64,000 nt of DNA from Dipteris shenzhenensis (GCA_047967505.1 CM106538.1), one strand, 5' to 3'. Counted from the first letter of the stretch, positions 36,801 to 51,178 are shown. Numbers and translations: made by a program. The notes: generated by a model from the letters alone, not told the origin.

Positions 36801-37980
36801 GGATGAAGCGAAGTACAGAAGGCTTGTGGGCAGCTTGATTTACTTGTGCCACATGCGACCAGACATCAACTTTGCGACTGGTGTACTAAGCAGGTTTTCC
36901 AATAAGCCCCAGGAGAACCATTAGAGGGCAGGGATGCGGGTGCTCAAATACATCAAATGCACACTTGATTATGGCATCACGTATACCAAGGGCAACATCT
37001 TGACCAGATTTTGTGACTCGGATTGGGCAGGAGACGTGGACAGTAGCAGATCAGTGATAAGTTATTGCTTCTTACTTGGATCTGGAGCTGTGTCATGGGT
37101 CAGTAAGAAGCAACCCATAGTTGCTCTTTCTTCTACCGAGGCTGAGTACAAATCAACATGCTTTGCTTCTTGCGAGGCAGTATGGTTAAGGAGGATTTTA
37201 GGGGACATGGGTGCAATGTAGAACAAGCCAACACAGTTATCATGTGACAATCAGAGTTGCATGACGATTGTGAAGAACCTGTGTTCCACGCTCGCACAAA
37301 ACACATTGAGATTCAAGATCACTTTGTATGCGAGCTCATCATGGATGGAGAGGTCGACTTGGTGTACTGTCCGACTATAAAGAATGCTGCGGACATCTTC
37401 ACGAAGGCTCTTGGAAGAGACTTGCTAGAGAGGCATCTTCATTGACTTGGCATTGGGCCGAAAAAGTAAGTTCACTTGCGGGTGGACATTGAGGGGTGGT
37501 GTTAGATATCAATGCTCCACTCTCGTATAACTATGCGGGAACCAACTAACTCTACTTATAAGCCCCCCATATGAGGAGAAGGCATTTGAGTAGCTTGGTT
37601 ATCTGGTAGGTCCTGGTTTGGACATCAGATGGGGGCCATGTGTGGCCTGATGGCTGGATGGCTTCAGATAGAGTTGGCACACTGCCAACTAGGCTATATG
37701 CAAGTGTGGGAAGGCATCCCATGACTGACCGCACTGAGGGTAGACGGAACATTTCTCGGGACAACCCACTCTCGGGTTGCGGGGCCTGTTTGGAGCCCCA
37801 GATGATCCGGGATGGCTCTGGGCCGAACGGAAACCGTAGGTGAGTTGCTCTATTTTGTGCCACGATTCTATCGTGTGGTCGGTGGCCTATTTTGGGACCG
37901 ACCTCCAGTCACCCGTTTTGGGCGAACTGGGTCGGCGGATCGATAGCTCGTGCTCTACATGGTGAGCATGTCAGATCTAC
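33860..37980 (+). mobile_element. Degenerate Ty1/copia (gag end, PR, IN, RT, RH), PPT 37491-37499, 3' LTR starting TG at 37500
   Basis: WIIDTGASHHMT, LRSNRGGEF, KYKARL, LYVDDLVITG, FCDSDWAGD, SSTEAEY, ADIFTKAL; GAGGGGTGG-TGTTAGATATC. Confidence 0.93.
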
Positions 37981-40233
37981 TTTAGGACTTTTCCAGATGC
38001 CATAAGCAACTATAATCATGGCTTAAATTTTAGTCATACAATAGAAAAAGTGGGGAAGAAAGAACCACCTTTAGATAAAGCCACTTCATTCCATTGTAAT
38101 CTTGAAGTGATGGAGCAAGTAGATATACCGTTCTACAAAACTTGAAAATAGATAAAGTATAATACATTCCAAATTTCAAAAACTATCGAGATGTTAGATA
38201 TCTCAAAACCTTTAGTAGAAAAGAAATTACTCCTTGAGAAAATTATATTTATGGAAGCTAAAAGTAGATTCTATGTGCTTGACTAGGTGGTTGATGAGGT
38301 CAAGAAAGAGAACCATCCAATGGTTCCTACATGATAACACCAATCATGGTTTCAAGGATTTTGCATCCTAAGATACTAATGTACTTTGTAGGATGCTTAC
38401 TACATGAGTATATTGGGACTAAAGTCCATTCTAAAGTTTTAAACTCAAGGTTATCAAAATATTTTTGAATGACTTATATATACATTCTAATGTGAAATCA
38501 AAGAATTTCCTAGGGACTATCATGAATATATTGGGATTAAAGTCCATTCTAAAGTTCCAAACTCAAGATTATCAAAATAGTTTTCAAATGACTCATATGT
38601 ATACATCTCTAGATGTGAATTTTTTAGAAGCCTCATGTAAAGCCTTGCATAATCCATTGAATAATATCTGATAACTTTTTCTCCAAGCTTAAAATATATG
38701 TTATAGTTGTAAAAGTTTCATAAAAACTTGATGAATTACTTTAACCCAAAACAACAAAGCCTTGATGAATGATTGTAACAAATTATGACAAGAAGATTTA
38801 TTTATTTTTAAAGCAAAGGTGTAAAATATAATTACAACATCAATGACATTATCTTGAGGGGGTTGTGTGTAAGCAATTGCAGGGCAATTGCACATTTATT
38901 TGACAATATGGTACAAGATTATGTTTTGGGTCCTTTAAATTGTATACTAGATATTGTGCGAAATGCTAGACATAAACTTTTGCCTACGAGGATGCAAACA
39001 ATTCATTTATATGTTCATTCAAGAAATCGTGGTTTTTGGTAGAGGTAAGGGCACTTAGTTATTTTTATTTCCGTTGGTTGCCCCATCTCCTACCTCAAAA
39101 GGGGGACAAATGGTCCTCTCCCCTTCCCCTATGTAACCCACTCCTTTCCTTCACCTTGTAATGTCCTTGCAATTAACAATCTTCAACTATCTACCACTGC
39201 TATTAACTACTCATTGCTTCATTGTATAGTAGCTAAGCTCCTTACCATTAGCAAGCATTTCTTACTTGTGGCCTATATTACTCACAATAAAGCATCGCTA
39301 TGCTTTTAAAAAATTGTTTTATTAGCAATATTGTCATGACATTAGTTATTGAGCAACTTTTACAACTGTTGTCTTTGTAGCTCTTCGCGATAATTAAATT
39401 GGAGTAGTGAATATTTCAAACTCAAACTAGCTATCATTCAGTGCACAAAATATACTTGTGTGTTACATGTTCATGTATACATGTAAGTACATATGTATTC
39501 ATGCCTTCTTGTAGGGAGCCTGGCAGAGCAACAAAATATACATTTCAATCAACCTAACCCTTGTATCTTATATGTCTGACTAGGAAGAGCTAGTTGGTGG
39601 AAGAGTAGATTGGATGGGCTTGAGAGTAGGAGACTTACGGTAGATATCCCAAATGTGTACGCTCCTACTTGCAAACAATGGATAGGATCCTTATAGCATC
39701 ACCCTATTAATTGCTTGTCAGCTGTAATCTCCTAGGCTGCTAGAGGTAAGCACATCCTAGGCAATACCTCCTTCGCAAATATCCATGCAAATAGTGAGAA
39801 GAATCAAGGAGCAATTTAGCTTCTCCATCAAGGCAAAGATCTATGAAGGGATTCAAAGTTCACTGAATGGTAGGGTATCAAATGCTCTGTAATTCTAACA
39901 TAATTCCTTGCTGGAGAGGCTAGAACACTCCTCTACTAAAGGCTAGGTTATGCAACATCAAGATGCCCCAAACATCTTGACGGGCACAATGATGTCGAAT
40001 CCCTCTCTCAGTGTCATGCATTTGGAGCAATTTTGACCTAGACTAGCCTAGATAGGAGTGAGAATTCCAAACGGTCTCTACAACATGGAGGATGTGAGAC
40101 AAGACATTTTATAAATCTAGATCCTCAAGGACACTCCCCCTTGGGATGGATGCAACCACTAGATAGCAAAGGCCATCCAAAGGACCAATGCAACATTATA
40201 AGAGCACACGCTTTTAGCAAATGACTAGTCCAA

Positions 40234-40235
<2 letters not shown>

Positions 40236-40279
<44 letters not shown>

Positions 40280-41620
40280 ACACACACACACACACAAACA
40301 CACAGATGTATTACCGTCTTTGGGAGGCCTCATGGGCCTACGAGACAAAGTACAATAACTCATACAAACCACTGTGGGCTGAGGCAAAAGGGCTCATTTA
40401 GGCCCTTTGTAGAGTACTCTACTATAGTATCGTACTGTACTAAACCAAACAAAGCTCAAAATTCAAACCTCAAAGCTAGAAGCTAATAGCTAATACTCAA
40501 TCTTAGAATCAACACACATAGCCAGGTGCCATGGTGGCTCTCCCGTGAGCTATAAAAATATCTCGTATGTGTGTTTGTTGGGTCGTCTCACTGGTTATGG
40601 CGAGGGTCGTGTTCTCCATGATCTCTTTACCCAGTGGGCCATATCAAGATGACACCTCTGGTCGAACGGTCTCCTTCAAGTAGAGTGATGATGGGCTAGA
40701 CCTCCATCATAAGTGCTCTAAGTCGTTGCTACATCGTGTGTGGCTCCTGCATCTAGCTGCATCCCTCCTCCTCATGGTCTCATCTCACTAAACCCATGAT
40801 GCCCTCATGTCATGTATCTCCTCCTCCTGTACTCTGCCATGTCGAGGGGCACATACTCGAATGCGTAGAAATTTGTGGCGTGTCGATGTGCTCAGTCCAC
40901 CCCTGCCTCATGCGGGTACTATCCCCTCTGCTCTCTAATCTGATGCGATAAGGTCTATTTATGTCATTGTGTCTCCATCAGATAGGGCTAATGCAGACCT
41001 GGTCAGTGATCATGGAAGTGAATTAGCCAAGAGAGGCTTACCGTGTCCCTCCTAAAATAGATAGTGAGCTGTCCTCACAGCTCATAGTAAATTGGGCAAG
41101 TACATAGGAAATGCTCCTCTGTGTCTCTCTCTCCCCCAAAGTGCATAGTCTGCAAATCTATTGCTCTCAAGGTGTACATGTGGTTTTCCTTGTCTCAATC
41201 CTTAGTTGATGATGGGACAAGACCCACATTTGTCCAATGGCAATCCTGAGGGTGTGTGAGACTCACCTATCCTCTAGATACTAGGTTCTAATAATTGCGA
41301 CACTCTCAAGAAGTGGTCGCAGTAAAATTGGGTCTTGGTGGGGAACTCCTAGCCCCCCTCCAAGTTCATATAGAGCTGGAGTAGGTCCAACTGTAAATAT
41401 GTTTGATCTCATCTTGTGGGACCAAGGGATCAAGGAGACAGTCCATCTGAATAAACTGGCTGTCAAACAATTTGGAAATGTGTGCATACCAAGCCATGAG
41501 AACCTCACTCTCAGCTAACCGTATAGATGACTCCAATGCCACACTCATAGGAAGCACGACACCTACCACGACATACACTTTGATCATAGCCTCTCCCTTG
41601 CCTACTCTGAATGCCTAAAC
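40236..41620 (-). mobile_element. 3' part of an RTE/RTEX-like LINE (subfamily B), ending in a (TG)n(TC)n microsatellite
   Basis: Colinear nucleotide similarity with 61260-62500 (ATGTATTA..GTC..TGGGAGGCCTC; ATGRTGGCTCTC..GTGAGCT); decayed C-terminal zinc motif near 41090-41160. Confidence 0.75.
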
Positions 41621-44611
41621 AGACTCCTAACCTACATCGATCACATACCACTCATATAGGACCGTGCTGCCTTGATTAGTCACACACTCCACGAGGCTGC
41701 CTTCCAAATCTCTTCCCACACCACACAGTCCACTAGCCCACCACCTCTTGGTTTTGTACCCTGCAACAACTGGTACGATGCAGAATGCAAGGCTTACCGC
41801 TGACAAGTCCGACTTGAAACCAGATGTCACCTCCCGAACAGGACACAGTACGCAAGTACCGATGTCTCGTACGTCGAAAGAAGTAGGCATTTCTTCGTCG
41901 AAATGAGGAGCTGTTGAACATCTTGTACAGCAACAACTCTAAGGATTTTTGGAGGAGATTCCTTGAGCGTAGGTCTCCATCACCCCTCACCAACACGAGA
42001 GTTTGGCACACGTATGCACACCATCTTTATGATGTCCCACATTAGCCTACTTCAGATCTCATATGCACACCTCGCCCCACCACTTGCACGTTGTTCACCA
42101 GAGGGGGAGTCAAGGACGCGACATTGAAACTGCACAATGGCCGAGCTAAGGATCACGAGGGGCTATGCACTGAGTTTATCGCATATGGGATCGACACATT
42201 AGCCCCGATCCTAGCAAAGCTATTCAATGACGCTGTTTGCCTTGGCTTCCCCCGCACTTGGATACTCAACACCATCAACCCCATCCACAAGGCACGGGAT
42301 CCCATGGACCCGAGTAACTACAGGACTATCATGATTGGACATGTGATGTCCAAGATCTATGTAGCTGTATTGGATGCGTCGGTCAGCCTGTTTGCAGAGA
42401 TGAGAGGGCTTAGAGTAGAGGGTCAGGCCGGCTTCAAGCGAGAACATGGGACTATGGATCACATACTCACACTCAGGAGTGTCATTGAGGAGGCTAGATC
42501 ACGAAAGGAGAGGGTATACTGCTACTTTATGGATTCCCACAAAACCTTTGACACAGTACCTTGAGCTCGTCTCATCACACGCCTATAGACACTGGGATTT
42601 GATCAGGAGATCATCTGGGCAGTCATGGCACTTTATGAGAGTCTCAGGCCAAGTTCAGACATGCGCAGGTTGGACAGATGAGATCTTGAGTACCATAGGG
42701 GTCAAATAGGGTTGTCCCTTATCACCAACCCTATTTGGCCTCTACATTGATGAGCTTGAGACTTTCATGGGGACTTTCGGAGGGACCGGTTGCTCACTTG
42801 CTAGGATCACCATCAGGATTCTTCTTTATGCAGATGATGTGGCAGTCTTGTCGTCCACACCCGAGGGGCTCTACGACACTTAGATGCACTCACTTAGATG
42901 CACTGCAGGCTTTTTGTTTATCCCATGATTTGGAGGTCAACCTTGACAAGACCAAGGTCATCATCTTTAACACCTCTCGAGCAAACATGCAATGGAAGCA
43001 TTTCACTTTCGGTGGGTCACCAGTTGAGATTGTATCCTCATACACTTACTTGGGGGTCATCTTCTCCGGCCCGATCTTCATGATGAGACCAACGATGCAG
43101 GCTAGATTGAGTAGGGGATACACCTCACTGGTTCGGCTAGAGAGACAGTGCTTCCACTCTCACTTCCAGGACCCTCGGACAAAGGCTCTTCTCTTTGACT
43201 CCTTGGTCCGACCAGCTGGTATGTATGGCAGCCGTTGTTGGGGACCTGACATGTCAGAGATAGTGTGGAGCACCTGCAGATCCTCATGCTCTCACGGATG
43301 ATGCGGGGGAAACCATCTATACCACATCGCATCATTTAGGCCGAGTTTGGTGCTTCTCCACTTCAGCTAGATGCAACCTTTCAAACCATCACATATCTAC
43401 ACCGGGTTAGATCATATGGGGACTGCACATCAGGGAGACAGAGGTTGCCATGGTTAGCTCTCGATTCCTCCATGAGATTGGCAGCAGAGGGAGATGAGCG
43501 ATGGTGGTATGCACGGACTCACAGATGGTTTGTGAGACTAGGGTTTCACATCGATAGGATACCTCCTTTTCAGTACAGTTTAGATGCCCCTCCGGTACTC
43601 CCACCCACCATCTCGATCGGCAATCAGGTCATTCGAGAGGATCTCTTGTAGCTACACACCTGTAGCACATGGTTGGAGTCGAGGGAGCTTCCAGTGAAGC
43701 TGAGTTTCTATAGAGATTACTGTCTTTGTATTTCAGAGGAGGGATTCATCACACCACCGGGTTACACTGAGCTTCATATGCCTCACTCACTACGGATCTC
43801 CATCGGACAGTGTCGGGTATCATCACACCGCCTCCACATAGAGAGCAACAGAGCAGAGGGGATCCCTATGGAGCATCGCATATGCATATTGTGCGACTAT
43901 CAAGAGGTTGAGTCAGAGGAGCATTTTATTTTCAGGTGCCTAGTGTACTACGAGATCCAAGGTCGCTACCACTGTCACTTCCAAACTCCTTTTGAGATCC
44001 CTCGCCTACCCAGATTAGAGATGCCTCGCGACCTTCATTCACGAGGGGGTCCGACACAGAGAGTACTTACTCAGGCGACGGGACTTGGCCACACCATCAA
44101 ACACCTCTTAGAGTAGGATCACAGAGTTCTTCTGATCGAGTGACATTGATCGTCTAGTCTCTAGCCGCAGACGTGACAGAGACCCCGACCCGATGATCGT
44201 AGCACGACACACGAGACATTGAGGGGACATAGATCATTCTGGGAGACCTCCCGTGATTGTTTAAACCTCGAATACGTCCCACGGGAGTCACAGTGGCTCT
44301 GGTTTTGCGTTGAGCCTCGTCCAGGAGACCGATATGCACGGCACCCCTTGACGGGCGCCAACGTCCCATCACTAGCTATTCACCAGCCAGGGCGACATGA
44401 CATACAAAGGATTCCACTCCGCTCCAGTCTTTTTTCTTTTCATTGTCACAACTAGATGTATTTGATTATGTATGATCAAACTTAGGTTTCAACACGAGTG
44501 ATGATGCTCGTTGTAGTAGCTCCACCCTTGCTGTGATTTGTATCAGGTTTTCTTTCAGTCTCATACACCCATCAGTCTTCCAAAGACTCTAATAAAATTT
44601 CTTTCTTTCTT
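41620..44611 (+). mobile_element. 5'-truncated RTE/RTEX-like LINE (subfamily A), degenerate RT, (TTTC)n tail
   Basis: WFCTL/WYDAECK linker, NYRTIMIGH, QAGFK..HGTMDHILTLR, KTFDTVP, GCPLSPTLFGLYID, LYADDV, VNLDKTKVIIF, SSHRLHIE...RICILC...ESEEHFIFRC; ends AATAAAATTTCTTTCTTTCTT. Confidence 0.93.
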
Positions 44612-44664
44612 CCTCTAGCTAAGGCCCAAACCCTATGAAGCTAAGGGATTGTCAAGAAGGTGGC

Positions 44665-44666
<2 letters not shown>

Positions 44667-44732
<66 letters not shown>
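44667..44732. repeat. (GA)n microsatellite
   Basis: Direct reading; another (TC)n run lies at 49304-49352. Confidence 0.95.
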
Positions 44733-44735
<3 letters not shown>

Positions 44736-45049
44736 GGGGGTTCAAAAATCAACAACCAAACTTAATGTGGTTAGCTCACATGTATGAGTGCACCAAACTG
44801 GTGATGCTGGCTATGTAGGCTAGGCTTGCAAAGTACTCACACTTATCCTCATGGGCTCAAGAAGTATAACAAGCTAGCAAGCAAGCGACTTTAAGACCAC
44901 CAAGCCGAGTTTAGTACAAACACAATTCTAATGACCTGAGGGACAAGAGAGGTCAGACACATTCTTATCCTAAGAGACCTTGGAGATTTTTTTTTTCCTA
45001 CACTAGGCTCGTTCAACAAAGGCCACGTGAACAAGGCTTTGTCCAAAGT

Positions 45050-46700
45050 AATGGGCATTCAAGAGGAGGTTTCGGTCCAAATCTCCTCAATTATCACTCA
45101 ATCCATGATGAGGCAACTAGACACCCCTTTTATAATTGATAAGGTGGTTGAGCCTTTGATTCTCTCCCTTGTCTTCTTTGAGTAATATAAGGACTTGAAA
45201 AGTAGCTCTCACTCGTCTTCTTTAAGCTATCGAAGGACTTTAAAAAGCACCCCACTTCACCTAGCATATCAAGAGATCGTTCATTTTTCCCATGTCTGGA
45301 TAGGTCTGAGCCTAGCCAAGTTCTTAAGATGCATCCTATATTTCCCAACATCATATATGCAACTTAGCTTTATATAGAAGCTTAAAATCTTGCACAACAT
45401 ATCCTAGATACTAATTAGGTGTGCCACGGTTTGCAATCCCTTGCAATCCTTCTCATGGACGACTTCAAGAAGACGTATGGCAAATACCAAAATAAGTGGG
45501 GTCTTTGCACCATCTGCGACTATGATATTCTTTCATTGCATATCACAAGGGAGGCCACCTTTTTTGTGTAAGAAGGCTAGTAGGTGTTTTCTCCACTCTC
45601 ACATTAAGTATTGGTTGGGATGCGAATTCAAATTTGACAAGAGGAAATTATGGCCTCACACCCTACAAATGCCACGACCCTTTTTCGTAGAGGGTCTAGG
45701 TCATAGCCTAGAGACAACAAAACTCCTCTTGGATGTTTCTAGCCTCATTTTTAACAGTAGGATCAACTAGAACAAGTCGATTGGATTTCTTACAAAAAGA
45801 AAGGGATCACACAACTGGGGGGGGGGGAGACAATTGGTTTTAGTTGGATTCCCAAAGGTGTAACCACAATGTAATTCAATTCACCCTAGCCTTCATGGTT
45901 GTGCACCAATGCTTTGGTATTCAAGCTTTGCCAAGACTCTCCCTTGTAAATAGAATATTGGTGGCCAACTACGTCCTACTTGCCATAGTTTGTTGCTTTC
46001 GCAAAGGATGTAGAGGTCAACTTAGGTGAATGGTGCATAATGTTGGTTTGCATAGTGCACAAGATACTAGAGCTGGAGGACAGGCAATGATCCTACCTCA
46101 TTCTTAAGGGAGAATTAGAGATCATTAACCTAGCTCCTACAACAAATCCATCTTCAAAATAGCCTAAATATTGGAGGACAATAGCAACCTCGTAGATGGA
46201 GCTTTGCAAATCCCTTTTCAATGGGCACAATTCCCCCGTGATAAGTCTGAAGAGGGTTTAGTGGCACCTTGCGAAACAAATCTCCCTATGCCCAACCCAC
46301 CATACAAAGAAGAGATCAAATGCCATTAATTTAGCCCCAGGAAGCCTGTGATCCGCATTATATCATGTTAGAACAAAAGATACACACAATGGCCAAGCTC
46401 TATATGGAGCTTGGAGCTGCCTCTTGTATCAACAAACAAAGCATCTTTTTCCATTGGCAAATCGAGGAGCAAGGTGTCGAATCAGGACAATATCGCATTG
46501 TCTTTGCCAACATACTAGCCTGAGCATACGGCTTGACATTATTTTCACCTTGGGAGTAGGGTATAGAGAGTTCTAAAAGGCTCTTGAATGCCCTAAGCGT
46601 ATTTGCAAGGCCTAGCTTGGAAGTATTTTTTATGTATCTTACAAGTGGAGGAATCCACTAGTTGGATGGCCCACCATGCTGATTGTTGGCCCTTGCTCCG
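45050..46700. pseudogene. Very old, possibly rearranged L1-like RT remnant
   Basis: Only weak peptides: LDTPFIIDKVVE and LSLVNRILVANYVLLAIV (cf. plant L1 LSLAGRxxxxNxVL). Confidence 0.35.
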
Positions 46701-47537
46701 GAGTCCCAATGGGCACTGTCTTCAAAGTACTAGAGGTAGATCTTTCCGTTTTAAAAAGATCTTTCCGTTCTTTTTTAAAACAAATCTGAGATTTATTTTC
46801 CCCCTGAACATTCAGTTCTAATTATTGTTTTAAGCATTCCAAATTTTATTTCAAGTATTTACTAGACATCACCCAATATATGTTAAGAGAGATCTATTCT
46901 TTTTTTTCAGATTCCTTAATGAATTTAAAAGCCAAAGCATTACATTCAAAAAGATGAGATACAGATTACAAGTTGCTACAAAGACGTTGCAAGAGTATTA
47001 CAGCATGAATTTGCCATCACAAACCCTCACTACTCCTATAAATAACTTGGTTGCAACCAGTTAGCACTGTAGTGGTCCACAATTATATGATTCACACCAT
47101 ACTACCTCATCGAATTATTGAATGGAAGAGGAACAAATCCTTTTGGTTTGCACAGAAAGTAAATTTCATGCCAGGTTTCACATAAATGCCGATTGCCTTG
47201 AGAATCAACACACAGGGATAGCCGTCATCAGAACATCTTACAAAATCAAGAAAATTAACTTGCATGATTGGGCTTATTACACGCTTACAACATCCTCAAG
47301 CACAAAGATTCCATGCTATTCCCAAATCAAGCCATCCCGCACGCTAAGGCCCTCTGAACTTGAAGTCTGCATAGCTCTAGGCTGCAAAATATTGACATGA
47401 CATTACCATTCTGAAGAAAGGATCTTTTTCCTACAAATTGCATTCACAGTTCAATAGGAAACATCTGCAAAATACATCTTCTACGAAATGTTAAACATGC
47501 TTGAAAACGTCAGAGGAGCTTTGCAAATACCCATCTG

Positions 47538-47597
47538 TCAATCTTCTTCTGTATTGGGATTCCCTCTATACTTGTAGTTGTCGGCATACGCCTTGGG
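47538..47597 (-). CDS. Probable terminal coding exon of an unidentified host gene (PKAYADNYKYRGNPNTEED*)
   Basis: Strong acceptor CTCTTTTTGCAG| then 19 codons and TGA, followed by T-rich 3'UTR-like sequence; upstream exons not identified. Confidence 0.45.
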   Translation of the reverse strand, partial: PKAYADNYKYRGNPNTEED

Positions 47598-48378
47598 CTG
47601 CAAAAAGAGCATCATCATACTTCAGAGCGCACTTCTCATAATAGTCCATGCAGGATTGAGTATGAAAAAAAAATTGATATTAGAATGGAATTTTTTGGAC
47701 ATACCCGAACATTAGAAAAAGCTTACAGAGTCCAACAGACATGCACCTAACACAGCCAAGTAGGAGCACGCCATTAACAGGAAAACCAATTTAACTGCAC
47801 ACTTGAGGATCAAATGTGCAACATTCACAGAGATCGCACTTAAGTTCAGGCTGCTAGAAACTCAGTCCATCAGAGCTCCATTTCTTCCAACCCTAGGGAG
47901 TTCTCTCCCTGCAAACTCCCCCCCCCCAAAAAAAAACACACGGGGCACACCTTTCAGCTTGTTTTGGGAGCTAGGGAGCTCCTTGGATCAGAAGGGGGCT
48001 GCTGCCAGGAGCAGATAGGCCTGACTGGGCATCCAGGAGGACTGGCGCAAAGCAGCTTGGTGCAAATTTCATCAGATCGTCTGGCTTACTAGAGCCTCCC
48101 CCAACCTTTCAACCTCACCGCTCTTCCCTGCAGCTCCCCTGGCTCCCCTCACCCACTAGACCCCCATATCCTAGCCTATACTACCTCCTACCTCTGTAGA
48201 ACCTACTCCCATTCCTCCTTCACAAGCCTCTTCAAGAAGCTCTCAAAAACACACACAAAGAGAGGGGGTTCTGACAAGCAATCTCCACCAATGACGCAAA
48301 GGAAGCCACAGCTAAAATGATAAAAAAGAAAAAAAAATACAGGCATGATAGAATTTTGTCGACCAAAGGTGATGGAAC

Positions 48379-48876
48379 TTGACGGAGTTAAACCTTGATG
48401 CTTCTTTTGGTCAAAAAAATAAAAAGGTGACTTTTGATTTGATTAGCAAATTCACATCTTGGGAAGCTTCTTTTTTAATCTGCAGGATGACAAATTGGGT
48501 GGAACAGAAAAGGCATATGCCCAAGCCACATGCATCCAGCACTTCAGTAAGGTATTCCAGCACTAGGATGAATAGGTGCCGCATCATTTGCATGGATAAG
48601 ATGGCCAGGTTCATGGACAAGCAAGAGGCCGTCGCGAAAGAGAACGAAAATCTCAAGAAGACAGTAGAGGAACAAGCGTCCAGACTCAGAGCACTTGCGC
48701 TAGAAGTGCAAGATCTCAAGAAGAGATGGCTTGGAGGCTTGGACACCACTGCACTGGATACACTAAAAGCAGAAAATGCAGACTGTTTGGGAGAGCTGAA
48801 AACTAATCGTGGGCATGTCAAGGAGTTGTTACAGGAGATAAAAGCCAAGATAGAGGCCACATATATAAGAAGCTAA
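48379..48876 (+). other. Coiled-coil-like ORF of unknown origin (possibly TE ORF1-like)
   Basis: Heptad-like E/K/L-rich stretch VAKENENLKKTVEEQASRLRALALEVQDLKK; no recognisable domain. Confidence 0.3.
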
Positions 48877-49300
48877 ATCTTGATCCTAGTGGACACGAAC
48901 CACAAAAAGGTCATTCAAGAGACTTTAAAGCATTTTAATATATACCTTTGTAAGACTAGAATACATCCAATAGTACAAAATCAGATAAAGGTTGTTCTAA
49001 AGTCCAAATTTCTACAAAGAAAATAAAAGAGGAAATGTGAAGAAAAATGAGCTAACAAAAAAAATTTTGAAAAACAAAAGGTAGACATACCTAGCAAGCA
49101 AAGCAATGCTTATGTCGTCATCATTACCCAAGCATAAGCCGGTATACTAGAAAGACCCGCATTGTCTCTTGGGCAAACCCAATGCTTACTAAAATATGTC
49201 CATTAAACAAAAACGAAAGATGACAAGAAATAAAGAAGAAAGGAAGAAAGTGACTAAGCAAAAATAAACAAACAAATCAAGAAACAAAAAATAAAGGAAT

Positions 49301-49357
<57 letters not shown>

Positions 49358-51178
49358 CATGTATGAATAAAAGAAAGAATGACAAAATGAACGAATTATT
49401 TAAAGCATAAAAATTTAAAGAAACCACTTACCCTTATGTACCGCTTCTTACAATGGTGCAATATTAAATTCCGCTTATATTCAATCATTCTAAACATCCC
49501 TGAGGCCGATATATCTTAGATAAAAGACTTCATATCTAAGATTGTGCGTACTTTTTTGACTATTTTTCTTAGATTATACCTCGTGTATTAGCAAAGTGAT
49601 CAAATTACTACATTGAGCGATAAAAGATTCCTTAGTTGTACAAAGGCGAGGGAATTGGGAAGAAATGACTACATATTTTGCAGAAATCAGAAATATTTAA
49701 GTCGATATGAGACCTTTTTTTGATGCGTAAACTAACTACGTTTATTATATATACTTTGTATTTCAGGTCAACTCATAGAGTTGACTTCACTGGTCAACCA
49801 TATGGTTGACTTGGGGGCCATATAGGATTGGGGCCATATAGGCCACTCCTGTTCAATTGCTTCCTGCACCCAACAGTGGTATCAGAGCGGGTTCTTGCTC
49901 CTACCTGCCTCCCCATGGACATCGTTGTCATTACGTGAGGATTTGCTAGAGGACCATTGCTTCAGCTTGAACCATTGCGTGAAAGTTTGCAACTAGCAGC
50001 AACTTGTCTAGCGACGTTCACATTAGCGTGGAAGCGTGGTATCACCGTACAATCTGCGTCAATGTCAAAGCAACGCCATACAATCTGGTATAAGCGTACG
50101 TTTGAAGCAGAAGAACATCCGTACATTGCCCGTACGTCGTACGGTCATCCTCCATGTACGGCAGTTTTTCGTACATCGTACGGTAGTCGTCCATACACGT
50201 GCATGCAACGTCTGTACGACCTGCACTACAACTCATCTGTACGTTAAGTCGTTCTTGGTATCAGCTTGTCTAGCGACGCTCATGTTAGCCATTGAACTGC
50301 CCGTCGTCCGTTCGCATCGTTGTCAGCCATCTGGAAACCTGCGCCATCATCAGACTGAAGGTTATAGCCATTCGAGTTCTTAGACCAGCCTTTGTGCCAC
50401 CCACTTCGGATGAGGTGGTTTCATCTTTGATAAATTTGGGGCTTTTTGCTCTTAGCCTCAAATTTGCATTGGAGATGTATCTTTTTCAGGTTCTCAGGCA
50501 TTCCAATCACTCTATGAGTGATTACATCTTACATTTGTTGTTTTAGCTATCAAATTTGGGATATTTTTGCATTTGGCAGGCATATTGTGATTGTTGGCAG
50601 GACATTTCAATGGCATTGCAGGACACTGTCAACATTTGCTGTATTTCAGTAAAATTTGGGGCTTTTGGTCATTTGCCCCAAATTTGACAGTTTTACCCTC
50701 TCAAAAATTGGGGGTTTCGTCAATTTTGTTGAAATTTGCAGTGACATTGGCCTGGTACACCCAATTTTGGGCATTTGGTAGACATTGCATGTAGGAACAT
50801 TGACATTGGCTTGGAATTGCAGCACATTGAGTTACATTTGCAAGTTGCAGCACAATTTGGGGCTTTTCCTAATTTGCCCTCTTTTTGGGGCTTTTGCCAG
50901 ATTTTGTTGTTCATTGCAGTGACATTTACTTTATTCAGCTAAATTTGGGTATATTATGCATCTGCCCCTTGATTTGGGCTTGTTGTCCTGTCAGATTTGA
51001 GGCACACAGCCTCCATCCGGGATTACAGCTCAATTGATCATTGGATACATTTGCAGACATTTGCCCCTTGTTTTGGGCTGATATTTTTGCAAGACAGCTA
51101 TCTTTGGCAAGGGGGGTCCTTTGACCGGACAGCCATCTTTGGCAGGGGGTCCTTTGCAGGTCATATATTTGAGGACAA

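Noticed and set aside
38400-38582. ~58-bp duplicated AT-rich block as a functional element
   Set aside because: Diverged local duplication with no other supporting structure.
40236-44611. Twin-priming 5' inversion of a single LINE
   Set aside because: The minus-strand part has its own 3' end and matches subfamily B (61.2-62.8 kb), so these are two separate insertions.
49080-49190. Upstream coding exon for the orphan terminal exon
   Set aside because: Has AG/GT-like borders on the minus strand but stops in all three frames.
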